This document shows positions 24,394 through 36,200 of a stretch of 64,000 bases of DNA, piece by piece (position 1 is the stretch's first letter; each line of letters starts with the position of its first letter). The notes under the pieces were generated by a model, which was not told the DNA's origin, did not search any database, and worked only from the letters and a program-made list of their open reading frames with translations. The stretch is taken from contig OZ316898.1 in assembly GCA_973895155.1 (NCBI GenBank), positions 5,133,079 to 5,197,078 of the forward strand, in the 5' to 3' direction. Source of the DNA: Marsupella aquatica (lineage: Eukaryota > Plantae > Marchantiophyta). Position numbers and translations under genes: made by a program.

Positions 24394-26660
24394 GCGTCAA
24401 CTGAACCTAAACAACTATATCCACTGAACCTTTCTTGTGGATATTTGGATATGGTACGCGCTCAGTAAATCTATCCAGTTTCCTTCTCACACGCGACTAG
24501 TCGCGTCAACTGGTCCTAAAAGGAACCTTACCTCCTCTAACAGAACCAGTCACTAAGAGAGCTACCTCAGACGCGACTGGTCGCGTCAACTAAACCTAAA
24601 CAACTATATCCACTGAACCTTCCTTGTGGATATTTGGATATGGTACGCGCTCAGTAAATCTATCCAGTTTCCTTCTCACACGCGATTGGTCGTGTCAACT
24701 GGTCCTAAAAGGAACCTTACCTCCTCTAACAGAACCAGTCAATGAGAGAGCTACCTCTGACGCGACTGGTCGCGTCAACTGAACCTAAACAACTATATCC
24801 ACTGAACCTTCCTTGTGGAGATTTGGATATGGTACGCGCTCAGCAAATCTATCCAGTTTCCTTCTCACACGCGATTGGTCGCGTCAACTGGTCCTAAAAG
24901 GAACCTTACCTCCTCTAACAGAACCAGTCAATGAGAGAGCTACCTCTGACGCGACTGGTCGCGTCAACTGAACCTAAACAACTATATCCACTGAACCTTC
25001 CTTGTGGAGATTTGGATATGGTACGCGCTCAGCAAATCTATCCAGTTTCCTTCTCACACGCGATTGGTCGCGTCAACTGGTCCTAAAAGGAACCTTACCT
25101 CCTCTAACAGAACCAGTCAATGAGAGAGCTACCTCTGACGCGACTGGTCGCGTCAACTGAACCTAAACAACTATATCCACTGAACCTTCCTTGTGGAGAT
25201 TTGGATATGGTACGCGCTCAGTAAATCTATCCAGTTTCCTTCTCACACGCGACTGGTCGCGTCAACTGGTCCTAAAAGGAACCTTACCTCCTCTAACAGA
25301 ATTAATCCGTGGACCCCATGTTCATCCAAGGAATGTTTGTGTGATTAAGTGAAATCAATTTTCATCAAGGTGGTAACCAACGGTTTTGAGTCTCCCGATA
25401 GTGTTGGTGCGTGCTCATACAAAAACAAATGCTCAAAAGATAGAGATCTATCAAACGGAAGGTTGAATGTGGAGGAATTGAGCTTTCTTATAGGTTTTGC
25501 TTACACATTGGAAAAATCATCTTTCAACCATTCTTGATTGATTGTTTGTGAGTTACATTGAGCATTACTGTCACAAGACAGACTAGAGCACAACACTCAG
25601 CTGTTGGCAAAAAAGCGCTTGTCAATTTGGTGGGAAGAACACACAAAACAAACGAGCCGTCACTTCAAACAAAGAATTTGTAGTTATTTTTATTTAAGAA
25701 AGTTATGGTGTGAGGGGAAGACCAACAATTGTTTCTTTGACATAGAGGCTCCATTTGGCGTCAACCTATGTTTAGAGTGAGCTTTAGTTGAAGACTATCT
25801 AAGAAATGCGAACAATTCAAGCCGGGAAGCAAACATTGTTTAAATTCAAGCAAGGAAGCAAACATGAGTATCTAAATTTCTCTAGCTTTCCAATGAACCT
25901 AACATTGATAGATTTTGTCAAGTACTAAAAAGATGATGAATTTTTAATTTTACTCTAGCTTTCCAATGAGGGACATTGAGAAATTTTATCAAGACATTAC
26001 TAAAGAGATCACGAGTTTCTAAATCTTGATCTTGAATTTTCCAATGAATCAAACATTGGCAAATTTTATCAATTACTAAGGAGATTTATTATTTAGTTTT
26101 ACAATGTGAAGCCAAATGGGTTTTAATTATGTACATTTCTATCAATTGATTTTTTCAAATTTACTAACAATTAAAAAATATAAGCATTTTGATATAAAAC
26201 ACTGATATATCTTTGACAAACATCAAAATGGTAACTTTGTTTTACTAAATGACATCTCTTCTTTTGTATTTTGTTTTTTTTATGTTTAATATTTACAGCA
26301 TGGCGCCCCAATAATTACGTTGTTTTTGCCACAAACAGGAATGTGCATGTTTGTTATTGTTAAAAGTAGGATCATTCCTGTTTGTGGCTAGTTGTGATGA
26401 TGTGGCGCAACCTCATGGCAGAGAATTTGCAAGAGACCCCTAATGGGGGTCCGTAACCAGTCAATGAGAGAGCTACCTCAGACGCGACTGGTTGCGTCAA
26501 CTGAACCTAAACAACTATATCCACTGAACCTTCCTTGTGGAGATTTGGATATGGTACGCGCTCAGTAAATCTATCCAGTTTCCTTCTCACACGCGACTGG
26601 TCGCGGCAACTGGTCATAAAAGGAACCTCACAATATTTTCACGCGACTGGTCGCGTCAAC
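24394..26660. repeat. 189-bp tandem array (about 4.8 units, then about 1 more after a 1.15-kb insert), each unit with two ACGCGAC-NN-GTCGCGT palindromes
   Basis: Unit starts at 24394, 24583, 24772, 24961 and 25150. The array resumes in register at about 26456. Confidence 0.95.
25302..26454. mobile_element. 1.15-kb non-autonomous AT-rich insertion with short asymmetric inverted termini and a terminal hairpin
   Basis: Splits CAGAA|CCAG of the array with AA on both sides. Left end TTAATCCGTGGACCCC, right end GACCCC-TAATG-GGGGTCCGT. Confidence 0.75.
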
Positions 26661-27752
26661 AGCTCAAACAACTTTTGGACACTAGGATAATACAATGATA
26701 CAACTGTGATTACTGACCCGTACGGACAAGGAAATCCGAGTAAGCATGATTTCATTCATTTGTATTCATTCATTTGTATTCATTCATGAACTTTACAATA
26801 ATTCAGATGTTTGAGCTCTGTCATTGTGAAACTATTATATATCAGAAGTTTAGAGAATGATTCACCTAAGATGATTCAATTTAGCAGTCTACTGGTTGTA
26901 TTCGTCAATTAAAGGATTCAGTGTAATGAGATTCACATAACATGAGAGTTTATATGATTAAATTCACAGCGTGCAAGTTTGTAATGAGTTTGTAATGAAT
27001 TTGTATGATTCACACATATTTGAGTTTACAAACAAACCGCATTATGAAAACTCAGCTTAACAATCAAGAGAAATTTTAGCAAACAACAATCAACACCAGC
27101 AGAAAATGTAGAAATTGCACCTGAATTCTGAAAAATTGATGTAATCGTCTGAGAGATTGACGTCCAAGCACTTGAAGACCTTGCTGCGGCATTCCAGAAA
27201 GTAAATATAAGATTGAATATATTAATATGCTAAGCAACAACAACACAGCTTCTATACTTCTATACATAGAGCTTCGCTGCCACCAATTGAATAACATGTG
27301 CTTAATGCTAAGGAACTCATTATGTCAAGTTAAAAAGACTCTTTCAGAAGTACAATCAAAGCTGTGGATAGGCAAATTGAGCATGAATAAAAGCGCACTA
27401 AACCTGAAGATTCAAAGAGGTGAAACAAACCTGAATGCTGAATGGAAGGAGCTGAAACAAGCTACCAAAAAGTAGTTCGAGCTGCTGAAACACATTGATC
27501 AAGCTGATATGAGCTTAAAATTGGCTGACACGAGCTGATACGAGCACTCCCAAAAAACTAGCTGCAACGAACCCAACGGGCTCCTAAGAATCCCTTCGAG
27601 CAAACTAGAAGTGAATACGAGCTGTAAATGCGAGCTGCAACGCGTCAACGAGCTCCTGGTCGAAACAATCGACAACTACTAAGAGCTGCAACGCGCCGAC
27701 AAGCACCTAACCACAATGAACGAGCTGCAACGACAAAAATGAAATCCAGGGC

Positions 27753-27790
27753 AGGAGCGAGAGCGAGAGCGAGAGCGAGAGCGAGAGCGA
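27753..27790. repeat. (GCGAGA)n microsatellite
   Basis: About 6 hexamer copies. Confidence 0.9.
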
Positions 27791-30238
27791 CGAGAGCAGG
27801 CACGCGAAAGTCTAGGGAGCGAGAAACAACAACAATGAACAGTGAACTCGAGACCGTGGGTGCCGATACTAAGGAAGGACTAATTAGGGTATTGTTTTAG
27901 CATAACCCTAATAATAGCCTAGCGACAGGAAGGTTCCAGATGATCTCCGTACACTCCACCATCGACTGAACAAACTATGCAATCGTGAAAAAAAGATTAT
28001 CGGATTCCTTTTGATTTGCCGTACTAAAGGAGATTTCTATTTGATCGCCAATTTGAAATTTAAACCGGTAATTATGCAACTGCGAAAGATTGTTAGTGGG
28101 GACCCCCGGATCCGTATCTTCACTATATCTGCCAATTCAAATCCAAAATGTGAACGAACGACAACTTTCTCACGATCGTTCCATTACGTAGTGGAGGCAA
28201 ACTTCAAAATCATTCCATTTTGGTAGTGGAGACCGTCGGATCCGGATCCGTACTCCACTCTCTATCTTGCCAATTCAAACCCATACTCTAAACAACGTAA
28301 AATGATTCTCACGGTCGGGGAGAACCGATATTCAAAATCAATCTTGTATAATGATTCTCACAACTAGAGACTCAACCACTTTTCAAAATCAAAATCGAGT
28401 CCAGATGAACACATCCTTCATGGAGTCAATAGATTGATCTCATTGCTCACGGATCATTCTTCATTTTCAATTTCTCCTGACCAGGATACTAGCTGGGCTC
28501 TCAGCGGAGGCTGATCCAAGGCACATTTGAGGTGGAGCAGATTGGATCATTCAACTATTCCAGTCAGAGGCGGAGCTCATTCAAGCAACGTTGGCGCAGT
28601 TCTTGTTGTATCACCTTCAATCTTGGGGAGAGCACATCCGATCAAGCGAGAGAGTTATGACGAAGCGAGACGACAAACATTTAGAACCTCCATAGTCTGC
28701 CTCATTCATCGAAGCATTCTAGTGGACCAACAAAGAGCGGCTATTCTGAAATCACTGTCTGGTCGAGGATTTTGATCTTGATACGATCAACAAGTTGTCA
28801 TTCTCTGGTGGTGCGATTTGGTCACAATACTCAAGGAAATTGGAGTTCGAAGGAGGAGGCTTAGTTGGCTGGGACGAGGAGGCTACGCTGGAAGGAAGAG
28901 GCTTGGCTGGGAGGAGGGTTTCCGCCAACATCGGAGGGTTGCCACCAACATTGTTGAGACCACACGCAATTGAATAACTTGTAAGTATCAATCAGCATTA
29001 ATTCCGCAATAAATGAGGAGAGTAGTTGCCTTAAATCACGCATTCAATGCATGAATTGAGTCAATGAAGTTATGGTCCAATTTCTCACTCCGATTTTGAT
29101 CAATCCGTGTTTCAAGTCCAATACAGAAGCAATGTATCAGATGTACTAGTAGAGGATCCGAATGAATTCTCTAGTCTAAAATTGTATGGCGTTCAAGTAT
29201 AGTTGTCCGTACGTTTTGCTATTGTTTATTGTAGTCGTCGGCCTAGCAAAACGAAACGTAATCGAGGTCCATTTTTCAGATCAGACTGATCTCAACTTGT
29301 TAGTAGGATGACCTGATTTTTTTGTTACACATGTAGTTCGTCACGCGCACAGTCGCGTGAACCAATTTATCTCATGTCTTTTGATATTGTTTATTGTAGT
29401 CGACAGCCTAGCGAATTGGCCAGCAATCTATTTTAAAACCAAGGTCTTCGTTTCATCACGCGCACGGTCACGTTAATGTTTTAGAGGTCAGCGAAAGCTT
29501 TGTACTCTTAGACGTAATCGCCCTTTATTTCTCAGATCTGCCTGATCTCAACTTGTTAGTAGGATGACCTCCATCTGATCTTCCATCGACAAATGTGGCG
29601 AACAATGTTGTCTCTCACAAAACATTTGACCCGATTTAGTCACCGTAAACATTATATTACATCACTGACACATTCTGTAAGGAGTACCACAAATTCGATA
29701 CGTCAAACCTTCTAAATCGTCCGTCGGAACATCCTCATTCTTCGAGCTCAACGGAGTAGTCATCGCCTTCAAACAAGAGATGCGGACCGAGACTAAGAAT
29801 TGGAAATGAGAGAGCTGATGTGCGAATAGATTATCCAGTAGTCAGAAAGTGGAATGCGTGGGGGAATGAGCAGTAGGGATCATCTCAATGCTTTATACTG
29901 TTTAGTCTCCACTAGTCATTGTACATAGTGGTTTCTAGAAGAGAGTGCGCATTTGACTGGCGCGTATTAGAATTGGCGGGAAGTTCAGTTGTCCTCTAAG
30001 TATGGCTTTAATTTCACGTTTGGCGACCGCCCCGGGAATACTGATTGCTAGTGAAGTACTGAGATTTCTTATGAGGGTCAGTAGTTACTGACTGTCCGGT
30101 GTCCACTCATTGGTAAACTGGTACTGTCTACTCATTTTTTCTGAGTGAAGTTGAAATGATTGTTCGTAATCGATTGTAGTCGTTCTCATTCACTTGAAAT
30201 GACGGCGGACCATGCATAATCTGTTACCGGTATGTGTG

Positions 30239-30546
30239 ATGCCTTTAGATCCGTAATTGTATCTTCCTGTCTCACGCGCAATCGTATCTTACTTATGAAG
30301 TACCAAGTACGAGCTAGAGTTTGGGCCTAGCCTTCTAGCTTCTACGTCGTAGACCCTGTTATCCCTACACCCTCTGACTAAGGTCACGCGACATGCCTTT
30401 AGATCCGTAATTGTATCTTCCTGTCTCACGCGCAATCGTATCTTACTTATGAAGTACCAAGTACGAGCTAGAGTTTGGGCCTAGCCTTCTAGCTTCTACG
30501 TCATAGACCCTGTTATCCCTACACCCTCTAACTAAGGTCACGCGAC
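30239..30546. repeat. Tandem duplication of about 154 bp
   Basis: ATGCCTTTAGATCCGTAATTG...AAGGTCACGCGAC is repeated twice, nearly identical. Confidence 0.9.
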
Positions 30547-31038
30547 TAGTCGCGTGCAGGGCAGTGCATTGACTACATTTTGCCTACTTATTGACGGTCG
30601 TGACAGGACAATGCAATTCATAGACGTTTTACTGGCGCTTATTAGCATTACTATCCTCAGTAGTTACTGACTGTCCACTCATTTGTTCTAAGTGGATGTG
30701 AAATTAATGATTGATCGTAATTGATTGTGGTCGTTCTCATTCATTTGAAATGACTGACGGACCATGCATAGTCTGTTGCCGGTATGTGTGGTACCTCTAG
30801 GGTCACGCGACCAGTCGCGTGCAACGCAGTGCATTGACTACATTCTGCTTATTGACCGACGTGACAGGACAGTGCAGTGAAATCGACGGACATGACAGGA
30901 CTGTACGCTTATAGTGATATTCTCTAATGTGCAGGATCATAATTATTATGGTGACATCTACAATCTGGATCAGGGAAGGCGGACAAGTTATTATAGGCAT
31001 ACGTGAGAAACAGGTTGGAAAAGGTCGCGTGATAAGTC

Positions 31039-33281
31039 TTGATCCTTCCAGGGTTTTGTCACAATGTTCCTCTTGGGGCGGACAGAGTTCTTCTTCTATT
31101 GGAGGAAGTTTTTGACGAGACCATTCTATGCGAAGATGGCAAACTTTTGAAGGACATGATTGGGGGTTACGGACCTTGTATGGGAAAGGAATCAGCTTTT
31201 TCGAGCTCCCATGGAATCGGAGGATGGTTTGGCACTGTTGGTGATGATCAAGATCCAGTCAATCAAAATTCTGATGGGAACAACCATAATGAGAGTCGGT
31301 CTGGTGTGGAAGTAGTTTTACCAAAGGCCTTGTGGATGGGCATGCCTGTAAAGGTGGTGGATGAGAACAAGTTGATTTTTGCAGTGGCAACTATACATGT
31401 TCTAGATCCTATAGTGAAGCTTGGGGATGTCACCCTTGGGAATACACATGTGGGAATTCTGATCAACGATTTTGTCGAGGGAGCTACCATAGATCATCTG
31501 AAGCATAGAGATTGCTTAAAAGCTTGGTCGATGGACCAACTCATTGCCAAGGATGGCAACTTGTTGTCTTTCCACAACATCAGGCAAGCTGTGGGAGGGA
31601 ACACATCTCCAACAAGTGGCAAGCGGTCCTACGTCCATAAAAGTAGGAAAAGAAAGAGTCCATCTTCCCAAACATCTAGAAGAGACACATCTTTGGCACG
31701 TCAAGATGTGTTGTTGATAAACACTAAGGACTGTTGTAGTGAACATTGTTGCCAATATTTGGACCGCAACTTGGCTATGGCAATTAGGCAAAAGTGGTGG
31801 TCAAAATCTTTTGCGGAGCGCAAGGAGGAGGAAATCAAGGCTATTAAAAATACAATACACTTGGGTACTGGAGAAAGGATTCTAGTAGTGGAGGGCAAAG
31901 TATTGTGCTTGGAGGCATGGAGAATCATTCATTCAAGAGGAAAGACTCAATTTTATGCCTTGAAGAAGACTGTGATGGCTGGAATGAACATAGGTACCCA
32001 TGGTAATGCTGGAAAAAGGCGTATGTCCGAGAAAGTATCTCAAGCGTTCATGTCAATGAAAGAGATTATTGAGGAGGCAGCTGATCATCATTCAGCCAAG
32101 TTGAGAACCATGGCAGATAATACAAGGATGGTTTTGAGGGAATTGCCAACAAATCTTACTTGGGAGAATATTAGAAATAGGGTTAATGTTGTCAACCAGG
32201 AGGCTGGTCTTCCTCCAATTTCCCAACCCACCTTGAGTCATCTACATCAGATGTATTTCAGGGAGTTCTCACGTCACAAAAAGGGCAACAACTTTTCAAA
32301 GTGTACAACTTGTAGTGAGTTGCTTCAACGGAAAGCAAACCTTACAGGAGCTAAGGAAGAGTTAGAGGGCCTAAGGCGTGACGAGGAGGAACATCACCAA
32401 GACCACACACAACAAAGAATGTGCTATCATACCTGGAGATATGAGTCCATCCATCGTCCAAAGGAAGTGTTATGCCTTATTCATGATAAGATGGATCATT
32501 CAAAGACAGCTCTCCCAAGAATGCCCTTCAATCCTAAGCATGTGGATGGTGCCCAAAAGTTCCCAATTACTGTCACTAGTATCCTTACTCATGGTCATGG
32601 TCCCAAGGCCATAGCCCAATATCATGTTGGAGTGTGGCCAGGTGATGTCAACATCACTATTGGGTCAATTGATTCAATACTAAGGATGTTGGAAAACCCA
32701 AATCCAATGATCAAATCACTTGTGGAGGGGCCAGACTTGACAAGTCTTTTTAAAGACCTCCTTTTTGGGAGAGCAGATATCTTGGAGGCAAGTGTCCTTA
32801 GAGCATTTGAGGATGACATTGCCTACATCTCAAGCCTAGGTACTTTACTCACAATCCTTTAATTTATTATTATTTAATAATATAAGCTCACACACACTGA
32901 CACTCTACTTTGTGTAGTTGTTGCTCCTCCTAGCCAAGGTTTCATTAATAGGGTTTAAACCCTAAACCCTAAATTGGGGTTTAGGGTCTGACTAGGGTTT
33001 TATTTAAAAGCATTATGAGATTGTTACATTGTGATGCAGCACCTGAGGCACCAAAGTTTAGGCCCCTTCCACGAGTATTGAAGCTACAACTGGATAATTG
33101 TGCCTCAGACAACAAGAACAGATATATGATGGCTTATTTGTCATTGTTGACGGCAAGGGAGGTGTTTGAAGAGGTTCATCTTGGTTTTATGGTGGTTGGG
33201 CATACTCATGAGGACGTTGACGGTATGTTTGGGCATTTTTCAGAGTCTATGATGCATAACCCCACATACTCATTGCCTGAG
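31039..33281 (+). pseudogene. Sola-like DDD transposase (DUF7869-type), 5' part; spliced (about 32839/32918-32938/33040); broken by the gypsy insertion
   Basis: CCSEHCC, FSKCTTC, HDKMD, LQLDNCASDNKN and FMVVGHTHEDVDGMFG motifs. A 21-nt mini-exon with GT/AG boundaries keeps the frame. Confidence 0.8.
32950..33000. repeat. Short interstitial TTTAGGG/CCCTAAA telomere-like repeats in both orientations
   Basis: AGGGTTTAAACCCTAAACCCTAAATTGGGGTTTAGGGT...TAGGGTTT inside a predicted intron. Confidence 0.7.
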
Positions 33282-36200
33282 TGTGACGCCGCCGGTACGG
33301 CGAGTAATGAGTAATTCGGTCTAAACCGTGCTTAGCACGCACGTTAGGGGTATCTTAGGCCGCTATGATTAGCATAACGACAGTATTTAGATAGCCATTA
33401 TGAGTAGGAAATCATTAGTCAATAAGGGGAATTCATGTTTGGGCTGGCGGCGCGTCGCCATTCGCACGCCCGGGTTACGAGCGTGGAGGGGCCCCTCCCT
33501 CGGGTCCGTATAACGAACTTCGGGAGGCGTCCACTGACATGCGGTGACTCAGACCGGCGAAGTGGCCGGTACACTACAAGCGTGAACGGTTCAGCCTATA
33601 GGCAACGAGGAGATGTCAGGGGATCGACAAGCCCTCAAGGTATAAAAAGGGAGCCGACCCTTTGTAGTGCACCAGTCCATCAGTCCACGCGCCATCTTCG
33701 ACCCCAACTCTCTCGTTTGCTCTTAGTCGCCACTACTATCTCCTCTGAATGTCGCACACGATCCTCTCCAGTTTGGCCATTCGATTCTGGATGCAGTTCA
33801 TATCTACCGGAAGACACTTGGCCGACTCATTGAAACACGCCAACCCGCGCCGATACGAAATCAAATGCGAGTACGAGAGAGCCATCCGCCTAGCAGGACG
33901 ACACCACTACATCCTTAACTTTGACTACCCGTCTCAGAGCGAGATTTACCGACCAGCAGAGGTATCTGGGTACTTCTTCAACGGAGACAAATATATCGGT
34001 TTCTGGGAAGCATTGCTTCAGCTTCCGGACGAGGTCTTTAATATCCCGGGTACGATCGACTTGCAACGACATCACTTTGACCACATCCCTGCTCAGGTTC
34101 GGGCTATCATCAATAGCGAGTCCAGCACTACCCGTTCGACAAGGTTGTCTATACTTGCTTTGGAGAACTTCTACCAGCACCTGCAGAGCTTCATGGGGAC
34201 TAGACCCGCAACCACCGGCGCCGACCCAGTCGACCCCATACCCGTACCCGCACCAACGTAGACTCAGGCTCAGGCTCAGCTTCAGTCTCAGTCTCAGTCT
34301 CAGCCTAGCCAACCCCCACCGCCGATCGCCCCGCCAGTAGTACAAGTACGCTCCGTCATCAATGCTGTGGACCTTAGCGATGATGACGAGGCTACCCCAC
34401 CCTTGCTCAGGCGGCCCAGAGGAGCAAACACTTAGGGGGCCGACACTACATTGTCCCCTCCCCATGCTCGGACCCAAGGAGCGGCTCCAGCAGACAACAT
34501 GGTGACCGTGGCCGCCCCGAGCCCAATACTAACGGCGGTAGCACTACCTATGCCCGATAGAGAGGATGGGGAGGTGTCACCCTCCCCGAGCCAGTCACGG
34601 GGGAAGAAGAGGAAGGAACCCACCACTGCATCCGGGTTACCATTGGCCACGGTAGCCGTGGCCAAGGTGACAATGCACCGCATGGGGGAAAACATGCATA
34701 AGAACATCCTCCATCCCAAGCATGCGGTGTACCTGAAGACTCAGGGATTCGAGCACCTCGCCTCTCTCCCCTGGAACACTTGCATGTACTAAGGGGAGGA
34801 CATGACAGAATTCGTCAAGAATTATGATGACGCACGTCAACATACTCGGCTGCGGGGAAGGAATATGTCCCTCACGGAAGAACGGCTCAAGATGATCTTT
34901 GGATTACCCGAAGGTGACCATCGAGTCGAATCACGGGCTCCCAGGGGCAAGGGAGCCAAGTACCAATCCTCGAGTTTTCCCTCAGAGGGAGCAGTGGACA
35001 ACGGGTTCGTGATGAGGACCTGCCTCATCCCTGAGATAGCTGAGCGACTGGAGTTCCAAAGGTACGCCCTCCACATGATGGAACCCTGGGGGGAGATCTC
35101 CGCCGCCCAGGTTATCCAGGTCGAGAACTATCGACCTAGGAAGTGGGCGTCGTACTTCGCTAAGAAATTCCATGAAGAGATGGAGCGGCGAAGGAAGACG
35201 TTGTACATTGGCGGGAAGGCGTATTTCGCTAGCCACATCGAGATCATTCTTGAGTGGTACGTTCGGTTTGATCGACGAACCCTTCCCCGTGTCAACGTTA
35301 CAAAGCTGGTCCCAGCTAGGTGGGTTTCCCCGGCCTTGGAGAGACGGCCCCAACCCGAGGCCCGAAGTCCAGCGGATACGCAAGCTTCACCCACCCCACC
35401 TCCACAAGTAGCTGTAGTCGTAACCGAGGAGGTACCGGATGGGTCGGTTATCGCAACCGTAGATGCGATCCAACAGGCTGAGCTAAGTACATAAGTTGGT
35501 ACAGTGGAGGTCTTACTCGAGCCCGGGTCTCCCAAAGACCCACCGGTGGCTATTCCGGAGAACCAGACATTACTACAGGAGGACACTCCAGCCCCTTCCA
35601 ACATTACGTCCCCAGGGCTGGATGTCACTGCCCCGGGCCCCGCGCGTGTTGACGTCTGCCCGTGCCCAACTCCAGACAGGCACAACCTGGACCACCCGGA
35701 ACTCTTCGTACCGGGTACATTTCTGAACGGGCTTCTGGGAGATTTCTCTCATCAAATTGCCCGGGATACCGGGGAGTTCATGGCCCGGAAGGTAGCCTGT
35801 TTCTTCAATCATTAGTTAGTTGCCGTAGTAAAGGCAGGTCGGGCCCAGTCAGAGGCCCTTCAAAGGATAGAGCGGTACCGGGTGGAGTCCGTATACTTAA
35901 AGAACAAAGTTGCAGCTCAAGAGGCTGAGCTTCTGCAACTACGACCCAAAGTTGTAGCCGCCGATGAGTTGTTAGCAAAGGCGCACGCCCTTACCGCCCT
36001 AGCCGAGCAGGCCAAAGCTGGGAACGAGGCCGAGATTGCACGACTCCGGAACCAGATTGACAGTTTGAAGAATCAAACTATCATCTGGCAGAAAGACCTG
36101 GAGGAGGCCGAAGAATGGGCCCAGCGGGACACTATGGAGATAGCCACGCTACAGGCCGAAGTGGCGCGGCTCCATATCGAAGCCGAGAAGCAGGACCAGC

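Noticed and set aside
24394-25301. Regularly spaced palindromes resembling a CRISPR array
   Set aside because: The intervening sequences are identical between units, there are no cas genes and the context is eukaryotic. It is a tandem repeat.
27628-27900. Arg/Ala-rich ORF
   Set aside because: Produced by the GCGAGA microsatellite and CGAGCTG repeats.
33435-33833. ORF at the start of the LTR, plus minus-strand ORFs overlapping the LTR gene
   Set aside because: It overlaps the TATA region and is truncated in the 3' LTR. The antisense ORFs are shadows of GC-rich coding sequence.
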